From: Camelus dromedarius
Taxonomy: Eukaryota
Direction: 5' to 3'
Assembly (NCBI RefSeq): GCF_036321535.1
Contig: NC_087436.1
Coordinates: 14,508,001-14,572,000 of the forward strand
DNA: 64,000 nucleotides
Numbering within the stretch: the stretch's first letter is position 1; the number at the start of each line of letters is the position of its first letter. The notes beneath the pieces were generated by a model that was not told the origin of the DNA, made no database searches, and worked only from the letters and a program-made list of their open reading frames with translations. Both the position numbers and the translations under genes were made by a program. Shown here one piece after another: positions 50,431 through 63,842 of the stretch.

Positions 50431-51087
50431 TACAGTTGTTTTCTATATATTTATTTCATATATTATTTACAGAACAGTGCCTGGCACACAAGATCTATAG
50501 AAGTGCAGGCTATTTTCAGTGGCATTTAATTGTATACTCCACAAGGTTGGCAGAGCATATGTTATTATCCATTTATGTGTGTATGTCTGTATGTATGTAT
50601 ATTTTTCTTCTATTACTTAGGCTCCAGACTTGATTCAGATTTCTATTAGTCCTTTTTTTTTTTTTAATAGCTGAGTTCCCTGAGGTTCTTAGAAACTAGA
50701 TGATTGCCCCAAATTATATGGCCTTGCTAGATCTCAAAATTAGCTTTTCTCACCACAGATTCAACTTTACTTTCATTCCTTTTGAAATGGATAAGGACTG
50801 AGATTTTTAGTTATTTATTTTTGGTATGTTATTGGTTTAGAAAGACAAAGGCAAATATACTAACTTGTGTGTCCAGTTGATGGAGGAAGTAAATTCTTAG
50901 ATGTTATAAAGTTTTTTTCACCTGTAATGTTTTGAAAGTAGTATTACCTCATCCTGCTGACTTGTGAAATTGAATCGTATCACTCATAATAATGTGAAGT
51001 ATGAGAAATTGTTTTGATGATAGAGCAGATTAGCAGCCTTTTAGAGAAATAATATAAACCATGTTTCCTCAAATCTGAGAAGTTGTC

Positions 51088-51593
51088 TGTATTAGTGTTC
51101 CATTGCTGCTTTAGCAGCTTATCTCACAGTTTCTGTTGGTCAGGAGTCTGGGCATGGTTTAGCTGGGTCCTGTCCTCCAAGTCTTACCAGACTGAAATCA
51201 GGGTGTCAACCAGAGCTGTGATCTCAGCTGAGGCTCACTGTCCTCTCCCAGGCTCAGTTTGTGGTTCACTGGCTGGGAGTCACGGACCACTCCACTAGAG
51301 GCTTCTGGAGGCCACTCTTAGGTTCTTGTCCATTGTCTTCTTTATGCGCAGTTCACAGCATGGTTGTTTGCTACTTTAAGGACAGCCTTCTCATAGGAAC
51401 TGATCTCTTTTGGTCAGACCTACCTATAATAATCTCACTAATTTAAAGTCAGCTTTCTAGGGGTTTTAATTACATTGGTAAAATCCCTTCACAACAGCAT
51501 TTAGATTAATATTTTGTTGAATAACTCTGAGAAGATGTGTACACCAAGGTGTTATAAAATCTTGGGGATTGTCTTAGAATTTTGTCCACCACA
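51088..51593. mobile_element. MaLR LTR (MLT1F/G-like)
   Basis: tgtattagtgttccattgctgc…atctcacagtttctgttggtcaggagtctgggcatggtttagctgggtcc…tcttagaattttgtccaccaca. Confidence 0.75.
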
Positions 51594-52019
51594 TGATCAA
51601 TTATAAGACAAATTCTTATTTTTTTTATATCACTAAGGAAGAAAAATGCTGGCATAAACTATGATGTAGTGCATTATTGGTACTTGGATATTGCCTCGTC
51701 AAAAAAAATTGAAATTGTGGTCATTCTTCTAACCACAAATATTTGTTTCACGTATATCAAACTTAGTCCCCACTGCTGCCTTTCTGTGCTTTTTTGAAAG
51801 CATCATTTTTTGTTTTAACACTGAACCATAGTGTAGTCTTTTAGAGGATATTTAAAATTGGGATGTAAACATGACATGTGTACCAAAAGTACACAGAGTT
51901 CAGTAAAAGTTATGGTTATATAAACTGCCAATAACCAAATTCACACATGCCCAGGGAATGACAGCGACGTTGTGACTGCCACAGGGCAAATGGTGATTGC
52001 TTTTTTCCATTTCCTACTT

Positions 52020-52225
52020 CTTTTCAATCGGCTTTATTGAGATATAATATATACAGTAAACTGCATTCATGTAGTGTTTTCATTTGATGAGTTTTGACAA
52101 GTGTATACATGAAACCACTACCACAATGAAGACATTTCCATCAGCCTCAAAAGAGTCAGTCCCTTATCCCTGGGCAATCACTGATTTGGTTTTTTTGTTA
52201 TTGTAGATTAGTTAGTATTTTCTGG
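52020..52225 (-). mobile_element. L1MB/MD-like 3' end
   Basis: gctttattgagatataatatatacagtaaactgca…tttgatgagttttgacaa…aaaccactaccacaat. Confidence 0.75.
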
Positions 52226-52865
52226 TATTTAAGTGAGAAAAAAAGGATATGGAGACAGTATTCTTAATTTTTGTGTTTTCTTTAGACCCCCTTATTCTTA
52301 AGAGAAATTGTTTCCTTATTAGGTCTTAGGCTTTTTCTTTCAGTGTGGGAGTAAAATGATTGTCCTTGAAGCTTTCTGAATACTGTTCTGGGATGTTCTT
52401 GACTTCTGCTTTGCCTAGGTATTTTTTTGCCACTTACTCAGAGTTGGCTCTCCTACCCCATATGTGTGCGTGTACAGCTTCCAAGTCCACTGTCTTTGTA
52501 AGGCCCATCAACAGAAGCAGTTTTCAGCTAGAAGTTCCAGGCTTCTAAACAATTTCACATTGTTACGGTCTGAAGCTTTTCACCTGTTAACTTAAGATAG
52601 TCTTAACCCCCAAGAGAATCCCAGAATGTACTCATCTCAGTTTTTTCTTAAGATTCATAGTACAATTTGAATTTTAGGACGCATAAGAGACTTCCCTGCT
52701 AGTCACTTCTTAGGATTATTGCTTGTTTCATGTTGCTTGATGTGTGCAGTGTTTTCTAGTGCAGGAAACACTCTGGGAGAAGTCTTACTTCCTGGAGCAT
52801 AGGAAAAAGGGAACCAAGGGAGGACTTATGAAGCTCTAGAAAGCTCATTTAGCTGCCATTTAATA

Positions 52866-53164
52866 CAGCGTTGTCCAATAGAAATATAATGCAAGCCGTA
52901 TATCTAGTAGCTATATTAAAAAACTAAAGAGAAACAGGTGACATTAATTTTAATAATACATTTTATTTAATATATCAAGAATATTGTCATTTCAACATAT
53001 AATCAATATGAAACTATGAAAACTTATTAATGAGATCTTTTAGATTTTTTTTTAGTGCTAACTCTTTGAGATCTGGAGTTTATTTTATACTTAGACCACG
53101 TCTCAATGTAGACTTAGCCACATTTCAAGTGCTCACTAGCTTTTGGCTGGCATGTTGGACAGTG
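52866..53164. mobile_element. MER33-like hAT-Charlie MITE
   Basis: cagcgttgtccaatagaaatataatgcaagcc…aaacaggtgacattaattttaataata…tagccacatttcaagtgctca…ttggacagtg, with terminal inverted repeats. Confidence 0.88.
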
Positions 53165-53769
53165 AAGATGTAGATTATGAACTTCTTTTTCCCATTAAGA
53201 CAATAGTGTGTGGACTCCACAAGACACTGGCTTTAACAATGCTTGACTCTAATAGGTTGACCTAACCTATTGAGTGTTTCAGAATGGTTTCTATGATTGA
53301 GATATAAAGTATTTCGTTCAAAAAAGCAAATACATTTTTATACATTTTCCTCATACAGGTAATCTTATTGTTGAAAATTTGGAGAAGTCTGGATAAGAGA
53401 CTACAAATTGCCTTTATTCCTCAATCCAAAGATGATAAATTGTTGAATTTCCTCTTCATGAATTTCATTTTAAATCAAAGAGAAAGTAGATTCCTTTTTG
53501 TCTTAATTCCTTCCTCCTCATATTCATATATTTGTTAAGAGTTATTGACAGTCTTTTTGCCTCTTTGCTTAAATTTATTCATTCAGAGTCTGAGGCTGTA
53601 TTTTACCATAGGCTCTCTGTGAGGGCTTCTCTGTGGAGTCCAGGTATCTGAATGGTGCTCCCTAGACAGGGTTAACAGTAGAAGCCTTGATGGCTTTTAC
53701 GTACTCATTGCTAAACCATTATACTTACTTTCTATTTTTGCTGGCAGTGTTTTACACAATGCACACCCA

Positions 53770-54236
53770 GCTTTTTTGTGTTATTGGGATATAATTCACA
53801 TACCAGAAAATGTACCCTTTTGGAGTATACAGTTTAGTGGGTTTTAGTGTATCCATGAAGTTTTGCACCCATCACTACTATCGAATGCTATAGCATTCTC
53901 ATCACCTCGAAAAGAAGCCCCATGCCCGTTAACAATCCCTTCCCATTTCCCCTCTCCCCAGTTCCCTGGCAACCACAAATCTACTTTCTATTTCTGTGGA
54001 TTTGCCTATTTTGGACATTTCATGTAAGTGGAATTATATAGTATATCGCCCTTTGTGTTTGGCCTTTTTCACTTAGCATAGTGTTCAAGGTTCTTCTGTG
54101 TTGAACCATGCATCAACACTTCACTCTTTTTATGACTGAATAATATTCCACTGTATGGTGATACTATGTTTGTTTATTCATTCTTCAGTTGGCGGACATT
54201 TAGGTTGTCTCCAATTTTTGGCTATTATGAATAATC
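53770..54236 (-). mobile_element. L1MB-like 3' region
   Basis: gatataattcacatacca…ctggcaaccacaaatctactttcta…gatttgcctattttggacatttcat…ttttggctattatgaataat. Confidence 0.87.
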
Positions 54237-57009
54237 CCCCAGTTATTGTGATTACATTCATTCTCCAAAAACATTACTTTCTTCATGTCATTCCTTATTC
54301 TTGTCCAAACTTTCAATGGCTCCCTGTTGCTTATACAGCATATTAGAAGATACTTAGTTTTCATTAAAAGTCTTAGCTACTTTCCTATCCACCCTTCTTT
54401 TCCATTGTTATGTTTTACTATGTCTAAAGTATGTGCTACATATAAATGATAGATTATGCAGACAATATATTCATCAGTTGAATTCATTTTACAATGATTT
54501 AAATTTTTAATGAAAACTTCGTTTACGAACCAAAGAGATAGATAAGTAGATAGATAGTCTGGAGAATTTTAGAAAGGCAACTATTAGAGTAAAGAGAAGC
54601 ATTATTGTAAAATAAAGAATTTTTTTCTGGATTTGTCCATAATGTCAAACAGAGACATTCATTTTCATATAATGTGGAAAAAAACCTCATTTGAATCAGT
54701 ATTTGATACATGGAACTCATTCAAATCATTCATTTTCTGTTTAATGCTGTTTTTTTTCCTGAGGCCTCAGGTTTTTTTTTTTTTTTTAATCCAGATGAAG
54801 TTAATCTTCTTCTCCTTTTGATATGTCTGAAATAGTTAAAAAGGAAATATTTTTACATCTACTTAAAAATAATTTCAAGAATGTCTTTATGCATATACAC
54901 AAGCAGACAAATACAAACACACAATGGTATTCTCTCCCATTACATAGAAAAGAGAGCATAGTATATAGATTTTTTTAAGAAAATTTCAGTTTGCCCTAGA
55001 AATCTTTTCATAATAGTATATTGAGAATGTTCTCATTTTTTTTTTCCTGCAGGGTAATTTCTCTAAAAGGTATATCCACTTGAAATTTGATTAGCTATAC
55101 TTAGAAAAAGAGATAAGGGAATATAAATGGGAAAAAGGAAACAATGTGTAGATGTTTGGACTTTGTTTATAAATGAAGAAATGGAAGATAAGAAGTTTTA
55201 AGTAATTGCTCATGGTCATGCAACCAGTGCAGGGTCAGGATGCTAATCTAGGTGTTTCTAAGCTCTTGGACTCTGTTATATTCATATTGCATTTGGTGAA
55301 CAGAAGGGGAGAGAAATCATGCCAGCTTCTTTTTTGAGAGAAATAATAGAATTCCAGACTTTATTTTCTGGATCAGTCCTTTGAGAAGCTTTGCATTCTG
55401 AAGCCTGTAGGTGTGCTTATTGAGAAGTATCATGAAATGATAGTAGATAAAACACTCTAGGATGAAATAAAAAGTATTGAAAAAGAGACCCTGATATACA
55501 TAGGTATTTATCGCAGGCAGCATTTCATATTGGTGAGGGGAAAGATGGATAATTATGTTGCAACAACTTTCTAATTAACCAAAAAAACCCCAAAAAACCA
55601 AAGAACAAATGTTCATTGCGTCACTCTTTATATAAAAATAATTTAAAAATTAAACAAAAGATAATATAAAAGGATTTTGTGAGGTTAGCCTTTTTACTAA
55701 ATAGACTGAACTGAGTGAGTATAGTCATGAAAGTGTCATTTTTTTCCCCAATCACTGTTTTTTTGAATTTTCTTTAATTGCTCCTTAACATCATCTTGGG
55801 TCAAGCTCATAGCTTTCGTAAAGTATTTTTAGTTACAAAAGGTCTAGTTCTGCTTTTGCACCTTATTGGGCTTGACCTGTGATTGGAGAGATCTGTATTA
55901 CTCTTTCATGCTCCTTCCCCCGTTGTTGGGAGTGTAAATGTATGCAGCCTTTTTGGAGAGCAATTTGACATTATCTGTAGAAACAAGGTGCATATGCCTT
56001 TGACTCAGGAGTTGTATGTACTTCCAGGAATTTAGTACTACGGGTATACTCATACAACTTTATTTGAAAGGTGAATTCTTTAGAGATGAAAATTCTTTGT
56101 TCTGATAATTCTGCAAAACTGTAGTGTGTAACTTAGTGTTTATTAACAAGAGAGCTGTTAAACTTATCTCTAACTCTTCCCGCAAGATGGTGAAGTATGT
56201 TATAATTTAACTACTGGATGTTTAACTTGTTCCCAGTGTTTATTAGTATAAAAAAATGCTGCAGTGAATATCTTGGTGTATATACTTCCCATTCATGAGT
56301 ATTGAGAAAATTTCTTACCTGCTATATCTAGGAAAGTCTTCTGCTTTGCATTTTTCCTTCCTCATACTTCAGGGAGCACAGGAGACCTCAGTTTAAAATC
56401 GCAGCTGACTGCCTGCATGGGTGTTTGACTTATAATAAGCACTTGCACCTTCCTGAGCAGGAGGTTCTGCAGATCTGGGCCTCTCAAACTGACATTTAAC
56501 AGTGGTAACAAATGCACTCTTCATTGTTGCCCACAATCACCTTTTCCACCATCCTCTAGGGAGTATGTGACAGTAAGGGTGCCATTAGTATTTTTTTTTT
56601 GGATAAGACTTGAGACAGTCCCATGCTTTTCTGGTCCCCTCCCCCATTATGATGCCATTGTGCTACAATTGTGTATAATTACTGATTCAGAAAGCATCGT
56701 CAACAGTTATTAAGGGGATAGTATTGCACCCAGTTGAAAACTACTATTATGAAAATTTTGCCAGGAATTATATAAGATTATTTCTGATTTTGTTGGCTTC
56801 TCTTTATCTTCTCATTCCTTTAGCAAGAAACAGTGGTAGTTTAAATTATTTAACCTCAATATCTACCCTAAAACATGTCTTACTATCCCCATGAAAGTCT
56901 GGGTCAAAAGTAATAGTTTCTTCACAGATACAGAATTAATTTGATATGGTATAAAAACAAGACTGTATTCTGACTTATTAGCTTTGTTTTATTGGTGGTT
57001 TTACTGTTT

Positions 57010-58062
57010 TTGGTCAAACTCAGAAAAAAACTGCAAAAATATTACAAAGAATTCCCATGTAGTCTTCATCTAGGTTCCCCAAATGTTAACATCTTACACA
57101 GTGACAGTGTAGTTAATCAAAATCAGGAAACTAAACATGGATATAATACTGTTATCTAATCTTAAAGCTGTATTCAGGTTTCACCAGTTGTCTCACTAAT
57201 GTGCTTTCTCTTTCCAGGGTCTGATGTAGTTACATTTTAGTTGTCATGTCTCCCCTTAGTTTTCTTTAATCTGAAACAATTCCAAAATCTTTCTTTGTCT
57301 TTCATGACTATTATACTTTAAAGAGTACTGGTCAGTAATTTTGTAGAATGTCGCACAATTTGAATTTGTGTGGTTTCCCCATAATTCAATGAATGTTAAA
57401 CATTTTTGGTTAAGAATACTATAAAAGTGATGTTATTAAGCTTAATAGGAGGTACATGATACTGATTTGTACAATGACCAGTGATGTTAATTTTGTTCAG
57501 CTGATTAAGGTGATACAGTTGGGTTTGTCTGCTGTAGTTCGCTTTTCCTTTGTAATTAATAAGTGTTCTGTAGGAAAATACTTTGTGACCAGGTAATTAT
57601 CTTATTTTTCATTATGCTCTCTAGTTTTTACTTTCATTGATGATTCTTAACCTGAAATGGTATTATTACTGTGGTGTTTGCCAAATGGTGCTTTTCTGTT
57701 TCCATCATTCCATCAACATTTATTGGTTGGATCTCTTTTAAAGAAAAGCTTTCCCTTCTTAACGTACGTGTTCAGTTTTTTGTTTATATTGGGATAGGCT
57801 AAAGGATTTTTTATTCTACTTATATCAAATGGATTTACAGATTCTTATTCTATGGATTTAATCTATTGCCATCATTACGTATTTTGGTGCTCGAATTATT
57901 CTAGGTTTGGCCCTAGGGAACCCCTTCATGGAGGCTCCTGGACCATCATTTTTTGAGAGTTGACTGACTTTCTAGTATCACAGAATGTTCCAGGCTCATC
58001 TTGTGCATTCCCTGCACTAGCCCTGGAATCAGCCATTTCACCAAGGAACATTGGTTCCTTTT
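57010..58062 (-). mobile_element. L1MC/MD-like 3' region
   Basis: gttccccaaatgttaacatcttaca…tttcaccagttgtctcactaatgt…ccctggaatcagccatttcaccaagga…tggttcctttt. Confidence 0.8.
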
Positions 58063-58854
58063 TCGACGATTGGAATTATTCCATGCCCTTTCCCTGATGC
58101 TGTATCTCACTGTCTTTTAAAAAACTTCCTGACTTTAAACCACTTTGTGATGTGGACAGGTAACCCTGCTGTACAGAAGTTAGTTTATGTTCAGTAATTC
58201 TCTTTGTAGCAGACTTTGTTTAGTTTGCAGCAGATTGATCTTGCACTAAATAAAATTGGAGGATTTCTGCACAGGTTGCATTGTGTCAAATATGTTACTT
58301 CATGGAAACATGGTTGAAAATTTTCTTTGGTTTCATTGGGTATTTGATAAAAACAGTTAAAAGAACTTTTCCAAGAGTTTCCTTCCAATGCTTATGGTAT
58401 AGAAATGTTTATATCCTTCATCTTTCTAGTATAGTGATTTCAATTTTTTTTTTTTTTGCTTAAGAAAAATCTTGACTTTGCCTTAAGTTTTCTCTTGGTT
58501 CACTTCCAAGTAGGTGGGTTGGCCGTCTGTCCAGAGTACATTTTTGATTAGGCTTTACAATGTCTACAAAAGATTTCAGTCTCTTCTGCTCATTTAACTT
58601 CTGAAACACGTGTTTGTTCTTAGTACACAATATACATTAGATACCTGTCACAGACCGTAACTTCCAATTTGCAGTCTCTAGAATACTGGAAAAGAAAAAT
58701 TGTGAAGCATTATTTACAAGCCATTAGTTCCTAGAACTTTTAACTAAGGGAGGCATTAGAGCCCCATGTTCTTAGACTGAGTTGTTTTGGCACCACAGAC
58801 TTCAGTCATACTCTTCATTAATTTATCTTGAATTTATCTGTAACCTGTCTTTAC

Positions 58855-59005
58855 CAGTGGGTCTTAAACTGGATCCCCTACCATTAGTAGTGTCACCGTC
58901 ATGTTGGAACTAGTTAGAAATTTAACCTTCTCAGGAGCCACTCAGAGGAAGTAGTTTGTGTTAACAGGCCCTCCAGGTGATCCTGATGCAGGAGAAACAT
59001 TGCTC
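58855..59005 (-). mobile_element. MER5A-like fragment
   Basis: cagtgggtcttaaact…gttaacaggccctccaggtgatcctgatgca. Confidence 0.6.
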
Positions 59006-59139
59006 CATATATTTCCTATAAATTGTTTCAAATTACTGGTGAAGGTATAGAGTGCCAGTTTATCCATCTGCTGTGTTACCTGTTTTACCTACCTTGTATT
59101 GAGGGGTATTGAGATATTTTGAAGATTAACTCTACATTC

Positions 59140-60370
59140 TCTCCTCTCCTTGAACCTGGTAGGCCTCAAATTTACTTTCTGTCTCTATGAATTTGTTCAT
59201 TCTAGATATTTCATAGAAGTGGAGACTCATACAATATGTGTCCCCTTTGTCTGGCTTATTTCACTTAACGTAGTGTTTTCCTGTTTCATCCATGTTGTAG
59301 CATGTATGTCAGAACTTCATTCCTTTTTATAGTTGAATAATAGTCAGTTGTATGTATATATCATATTTTGTTCATCCGTTCATTTCTTGATGTATATTTG
59401 GGTTATTTTCACCTTTTGGCTGTTGTCAGGAAGACTTGCAATGAATGTTGGTGTGTAAGTATTTGTTAGAGCCCTTTCTTTTCAACCCTTGGATGTATAC
59501 CTAGGAATGGAATTTCAGGGTCTCATTGTAATTCTATATTTGTCTTTCTTAGAAACTGCCAGACTATTTTCCACAGTGTATGTACTGTTGTATATTGCAC
59601 CAACAAGCTACAGTTTATCTATGTTCTTGCCAGTGCTTATTATTTTTTTAAAAATGTATTAAAATTTAAAATAATTATAGCTATTCTAGTAGGTGTGGTG
59701 TCTCATTGTGATTTTCATTTGCATCTGTTTAATAACTAATGATGTTAAGCATTTTTTTCATGTGCTTTTTGTCCATATGTGTATCTCCTTTGAAGAAATG
59801 TCTATTCAAGTCCTTTGCCCATTTTAAAATTGAATTGTTTGTCTTTTTGTTATTGTGTTATAAGAATTCTTTATATATTCTGGATATTAAACCCTTATCA
59901 GATATATGGCTTACAAATATTTTCACCCATTTGGTAGGTTATATTTTTACTTTATTGATAATATCTTGATGTACGAAAATTTTAAGTTTGATGATGTCCA
60001 GTTTATCTATTTTTCTTTTGTTGCTCGTACTTTGATGTCACATCTAAGAGTTTATTGCCAGGATCATGGCAGTCCAAGATCACGAAGACTTAACCCTATG
60101 TTTTCATGTAACAGTTTTGTGATTTTAGCTTTTATATTTAGATTGTTGATCCATGTGGAGTTAACTTTTGTATATGGCGTGAGGCAGGGGTCAACTTCAT
60201 TCTTTCACATGTGGAAATCTAGTTGTTCCAGCACAATTTGTTGAAGAGACCATTCTTTCTCCATTGAATGAACTTGGAACCCTTATTGAAAATCACTTGG
60301 CTGTAGATTTATGGTTTAATGTCTGGATTTTCAGTTTTGTTCCATTGGTATATACATCCATTCTTACGTA
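59140..60370 (-). mobile_element. L1MB-like ORF2 end and 3' UTR
   Basis: ttactttctgtctctatgaatttg…gaaatgtctattcaagtcctttgcccatttt…gttgttccagcacaatttgttgaagagac. Confidence 0.9.
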
Positions 60371-61148
60371 TTGTGTTGTTTTGAATGTAAATTTCTCATG
60401 CTGTTTAATTTACTTAAAAAGACCTCTTTAGGCACTTTTAAGTGCTATTTTAACTTTTTATTCTGGATAGAACTAAAATTATGAGTAACCTTAAACATTT
60501 AAAATACTACACTTAGTAAATTATAAAGAAGTAAATTTAGTATCATGTGAGGATGCACAAGGTTTGTTTCTCTTCTCTAATAACTTGCAATTCAATTCAC
60601 TAACTTAGAAAGTACTATACTTTTTCTTTGTCTTTCTGTTTTTTCATGTGGGTCTACCCTTATGATATCCTTAATACAGGATATGAGATGCTTATCCCTG
60701 TTGCAGCAAAATTGAAACATTTAGCTATTATAGTATTACTTTTTTTTTTTTTTGCTGTTGTATAGTTTGTGTTTACCTTAAGCACCTAATTTTATTACTC
60801 TCCTTATCTTTTTATATTTCACTTCTGTTATATTCTGCAGCTAGTTTCCTAGAGAATGATTCTCTCCTGTTTCAGTTTTTACAAAAGACTATATAGCTGT
60901 TATAATACTGAAGTTTGCCTCCTTTTGTATTTTTTTTTCCCATCCATCTGCAAATACTGAATCTTTCTTGGGCAAATTTATATCCTGCTGCTGAGACTTG
61001 TTCACTGTGTGTTGTGCATGTAGTGTGATGGGTTATTGTAATGTGAACTTCCAGGGTAAGTTTTTAGTAGTTGATAGTGTTGTTCTAAAGAATGAGCTCC
61101 TCTTGCAAGAACTTAATTATGTTCATCTTTAGTTAATCTTGCCTAGAA

Positions 61149-63632
61149 TGGCACTGTGTGATAGAAATATAATTTGAGCCATATATGTAATTTAAACATT
61201 TCTAGTAGCCTCATTTATAAGAGTAAAAATAAGGCTAGATGTAATTTTAATATATTTTACTTAATCTGACATATCCAGAATATATCATTCTAACATTTAT
61301 ACAATATAAAAGTATTGAGATATTTTACATTTCTTTTTTAGACTAATTTTTTTAAACCTAGTAGATATTTTTAACCGCTTGATTTGAGCACCAAATTTTC
61401 ATCAGAAATACTTGATCTTCATTTAGACCTCATAAAGTTTATGGTTGAAAAAGTAGATTCACATGCCTAAGTTTTTCCAAACAAATTTATGCTTTTTAAT
61501 GTCTGAATTAAGTGCCCAAAATAAATTTCTTTCAGTATTTTAATCTAATGTGATAAAACTTGTTCATGTTTTTTAGTAGAATTTGAAGCAAAATCTTAAC
61601 AGTTTCAAATCTGTGCTACTTAAATTAAGCAAATTTACTAACTCTTGTGTCAGCTTAGTATTATTAACATCATTTTCCTACGGATATTGTATAAGTTGAA
61701 AAACAACTCTAAATTCAATCAAAGCAACAAAGTGTTCAGCTATTTCTGGTCATTTTTGCAGCCAGTTTTCATAACACTGTCCATCATAATTAAAATAGCC
61801 TGTATATTGATTCACATTAGGGAAAAGTATAAAATCTTTATTATTGATTGGTATTATGGAAACTTTCAATTTCAACATAAATTTCTATACCTGTGTAACT
61901 AGGTCATAAATAAACTTTTTCTTTCTTTGATACTTCAGGTTATGCTTGTTTAAATGTAGTGAGGTACCAGTGAAAAAACAGAGTACTGCCATTTTTGTCT
62001 TTGATTATTGAATGTTGAAAACAACACTTTTTCTTGAATCAGAGTTAGTAATACAGCAAATCTTTGTGGAATTCTTCCTCTATTCAACCACTGAGTAAAG
62101 AACACAAGATTCTTAAATGTATTATCTTCTATTTGTTTAACAGTTGTGTAAACTAGCTAGGTTTCATATTATTTGCATATACATGCTTATCAATTTTAAC
62201 AACTTAATCCATGCCACTTTTCATAGCTTTAAAAAGCTGAGCACAGATATTTTCAGTGTATATCATACAGTGGAACAGAACAATAAGAGAAATACCAATT
62301 TCTTATTTAAAAATTTTAGTAAGTGGATTTTTGACCTATCATGGCTGGAGCTGTCTGTTGAGAAAGAAACTGATTTTTTAATATATAGCTGAAATTCTTT
62401 GACAAGTGTAAAAGATGGAAAAAATACCTGTGCCACAATTTTGATTTTTAAAGGTACATATTGACATTTCTCCTTAAATTTGCAAGTTTTTTCAAACAAA
62501 ACGTGTCTCAAGTTGTAATTTGGTACTATCTCTTGTATCACATGGCTTATCTAAAGCTAAAAGAAAAGTTAATGTCTCAAATTTTGAATCTATTGATTTT
62601 TATATTGTTGGAAAGGTCTTCTATATGATGGACAGTTGTTTGGTGGCTTAATTGAAGGCCTTTTACTTTTTGTAAAATATCCTTTTTAGTATTCCCCATA
62701 ATTTTCTAACAGAATATCTATAATTGAAATAATTTCTTTATCATTTCTCCATTTAAATATGGTTCGTTCCTCCCTCCCTCCCTCCCTCCCTCCTTTCCTC
62801 CTGCTCTCTCCCTCCCTCCCTCCCTTTCTTTTTGCAGGAATCCTGGCCATTTTATAGCTGACCAGAGTAATATGCTCAGATCCTTTAAAAATCTTTTAAA
62901 AATGTTTGTTGGACATTTAATTCTGATATCAGGTGGATAACTTTGTTGCTTCCCTTTTGACTTAGGAAACTTACGAAAACTTACTATGTGTTGAAAATGT
63001 CTCTTAATATTGTCTACTTTTATTTAAAATATTTTTAATGTAAGAAACAGCTTTTTTATTTTGCTGTACCACAGCTGATTGTGATGATTGTTCATGTTAA
63101 AATTTGTGCATTACCTTCTTCCAGTCTTACTTTACTGTCCTGGTGGTAGTACTAATTTCACTGTAACTCCACTTGATTCTGCATGCATAGAATGCCTTTG
63201 TTTTAATTTAGAAATTTTGTTGAAACACCCTCCCCTTTTGTCCTGCCCAAAAAGTTAAAACAACTTAATTCAAAATGTATTACAATTTAAAAATTAAAGT
63301 AAAAATTAAAATGAAAGAGTATCTCCATTTGGTTATCAATTATGATTTACATAGATATCACTGCAATTTGTGTTCTTTGCAAAAAAAGGTTCAGTAAATG
63401 CTTTACACTATTATTATATTGGTGTATAGAAAAAAGTCATTCTAGTTGAATAGTTGATGCTGACTAGACCAAAACAATACATTTTTCTTTTGTATAAAGC
63501 TATTTTACATTGCTTCAGCTTTTAACTTTAGATAAAATTAATTGTAATTAAATAAAAATTCAATTCCTCAGTAATGGTAGTCACATTTCAAGTGTTCACT
63601 AGTCACATGCAGCCAATAGCTAATGTATTGGA
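61149..63632 (-). mobile_element. Near full-length Charlie1-like hAT DNA transposon fossil with decayed transposase
   Basis: MER33/MER3-like termini at both ends. The minus strand reads LALDKPCDTRDSTKL…RFV (from ~62560), VSFSTD/APAMIG (frameshifted, ~62335-62370) and FHCMIYTENICAQ (62237-62275), matching the hAT-Charlie DES, TDG and CxxH motifs, with stops and frameshifts. Confidence 0.85.
62768..62830. repeat. (CCCT)n low-complexity tract inside Charlie1
   Basis: Directly visible. Confidence 0.9.
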
Positions 63633-63842
63633 AATTAAACTTTGATAGTTGGTTATATACTATGTACTTCCAGGTCTGGAAATTAAAACTTTGAGAGTTG
63701 GTTATATACTTGCTTAAAATATTTTGGTGACTTGAGACCAAAGATTATAGCCTTTTTTTTTTTGATAATGCTAATGTCACAGGAGCTGCTCTAAGAGGAC
63801 TTATGTATGAATCATGAACCCTGGACAGAGCTGCTTAGAACT

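Noticed and set aside
63629..63710. CRISPR-like repeat-spacer-repeat
   Set aside because: Only two imperfect copies, a 15-bp spacer, mammalian context and no cas genes.
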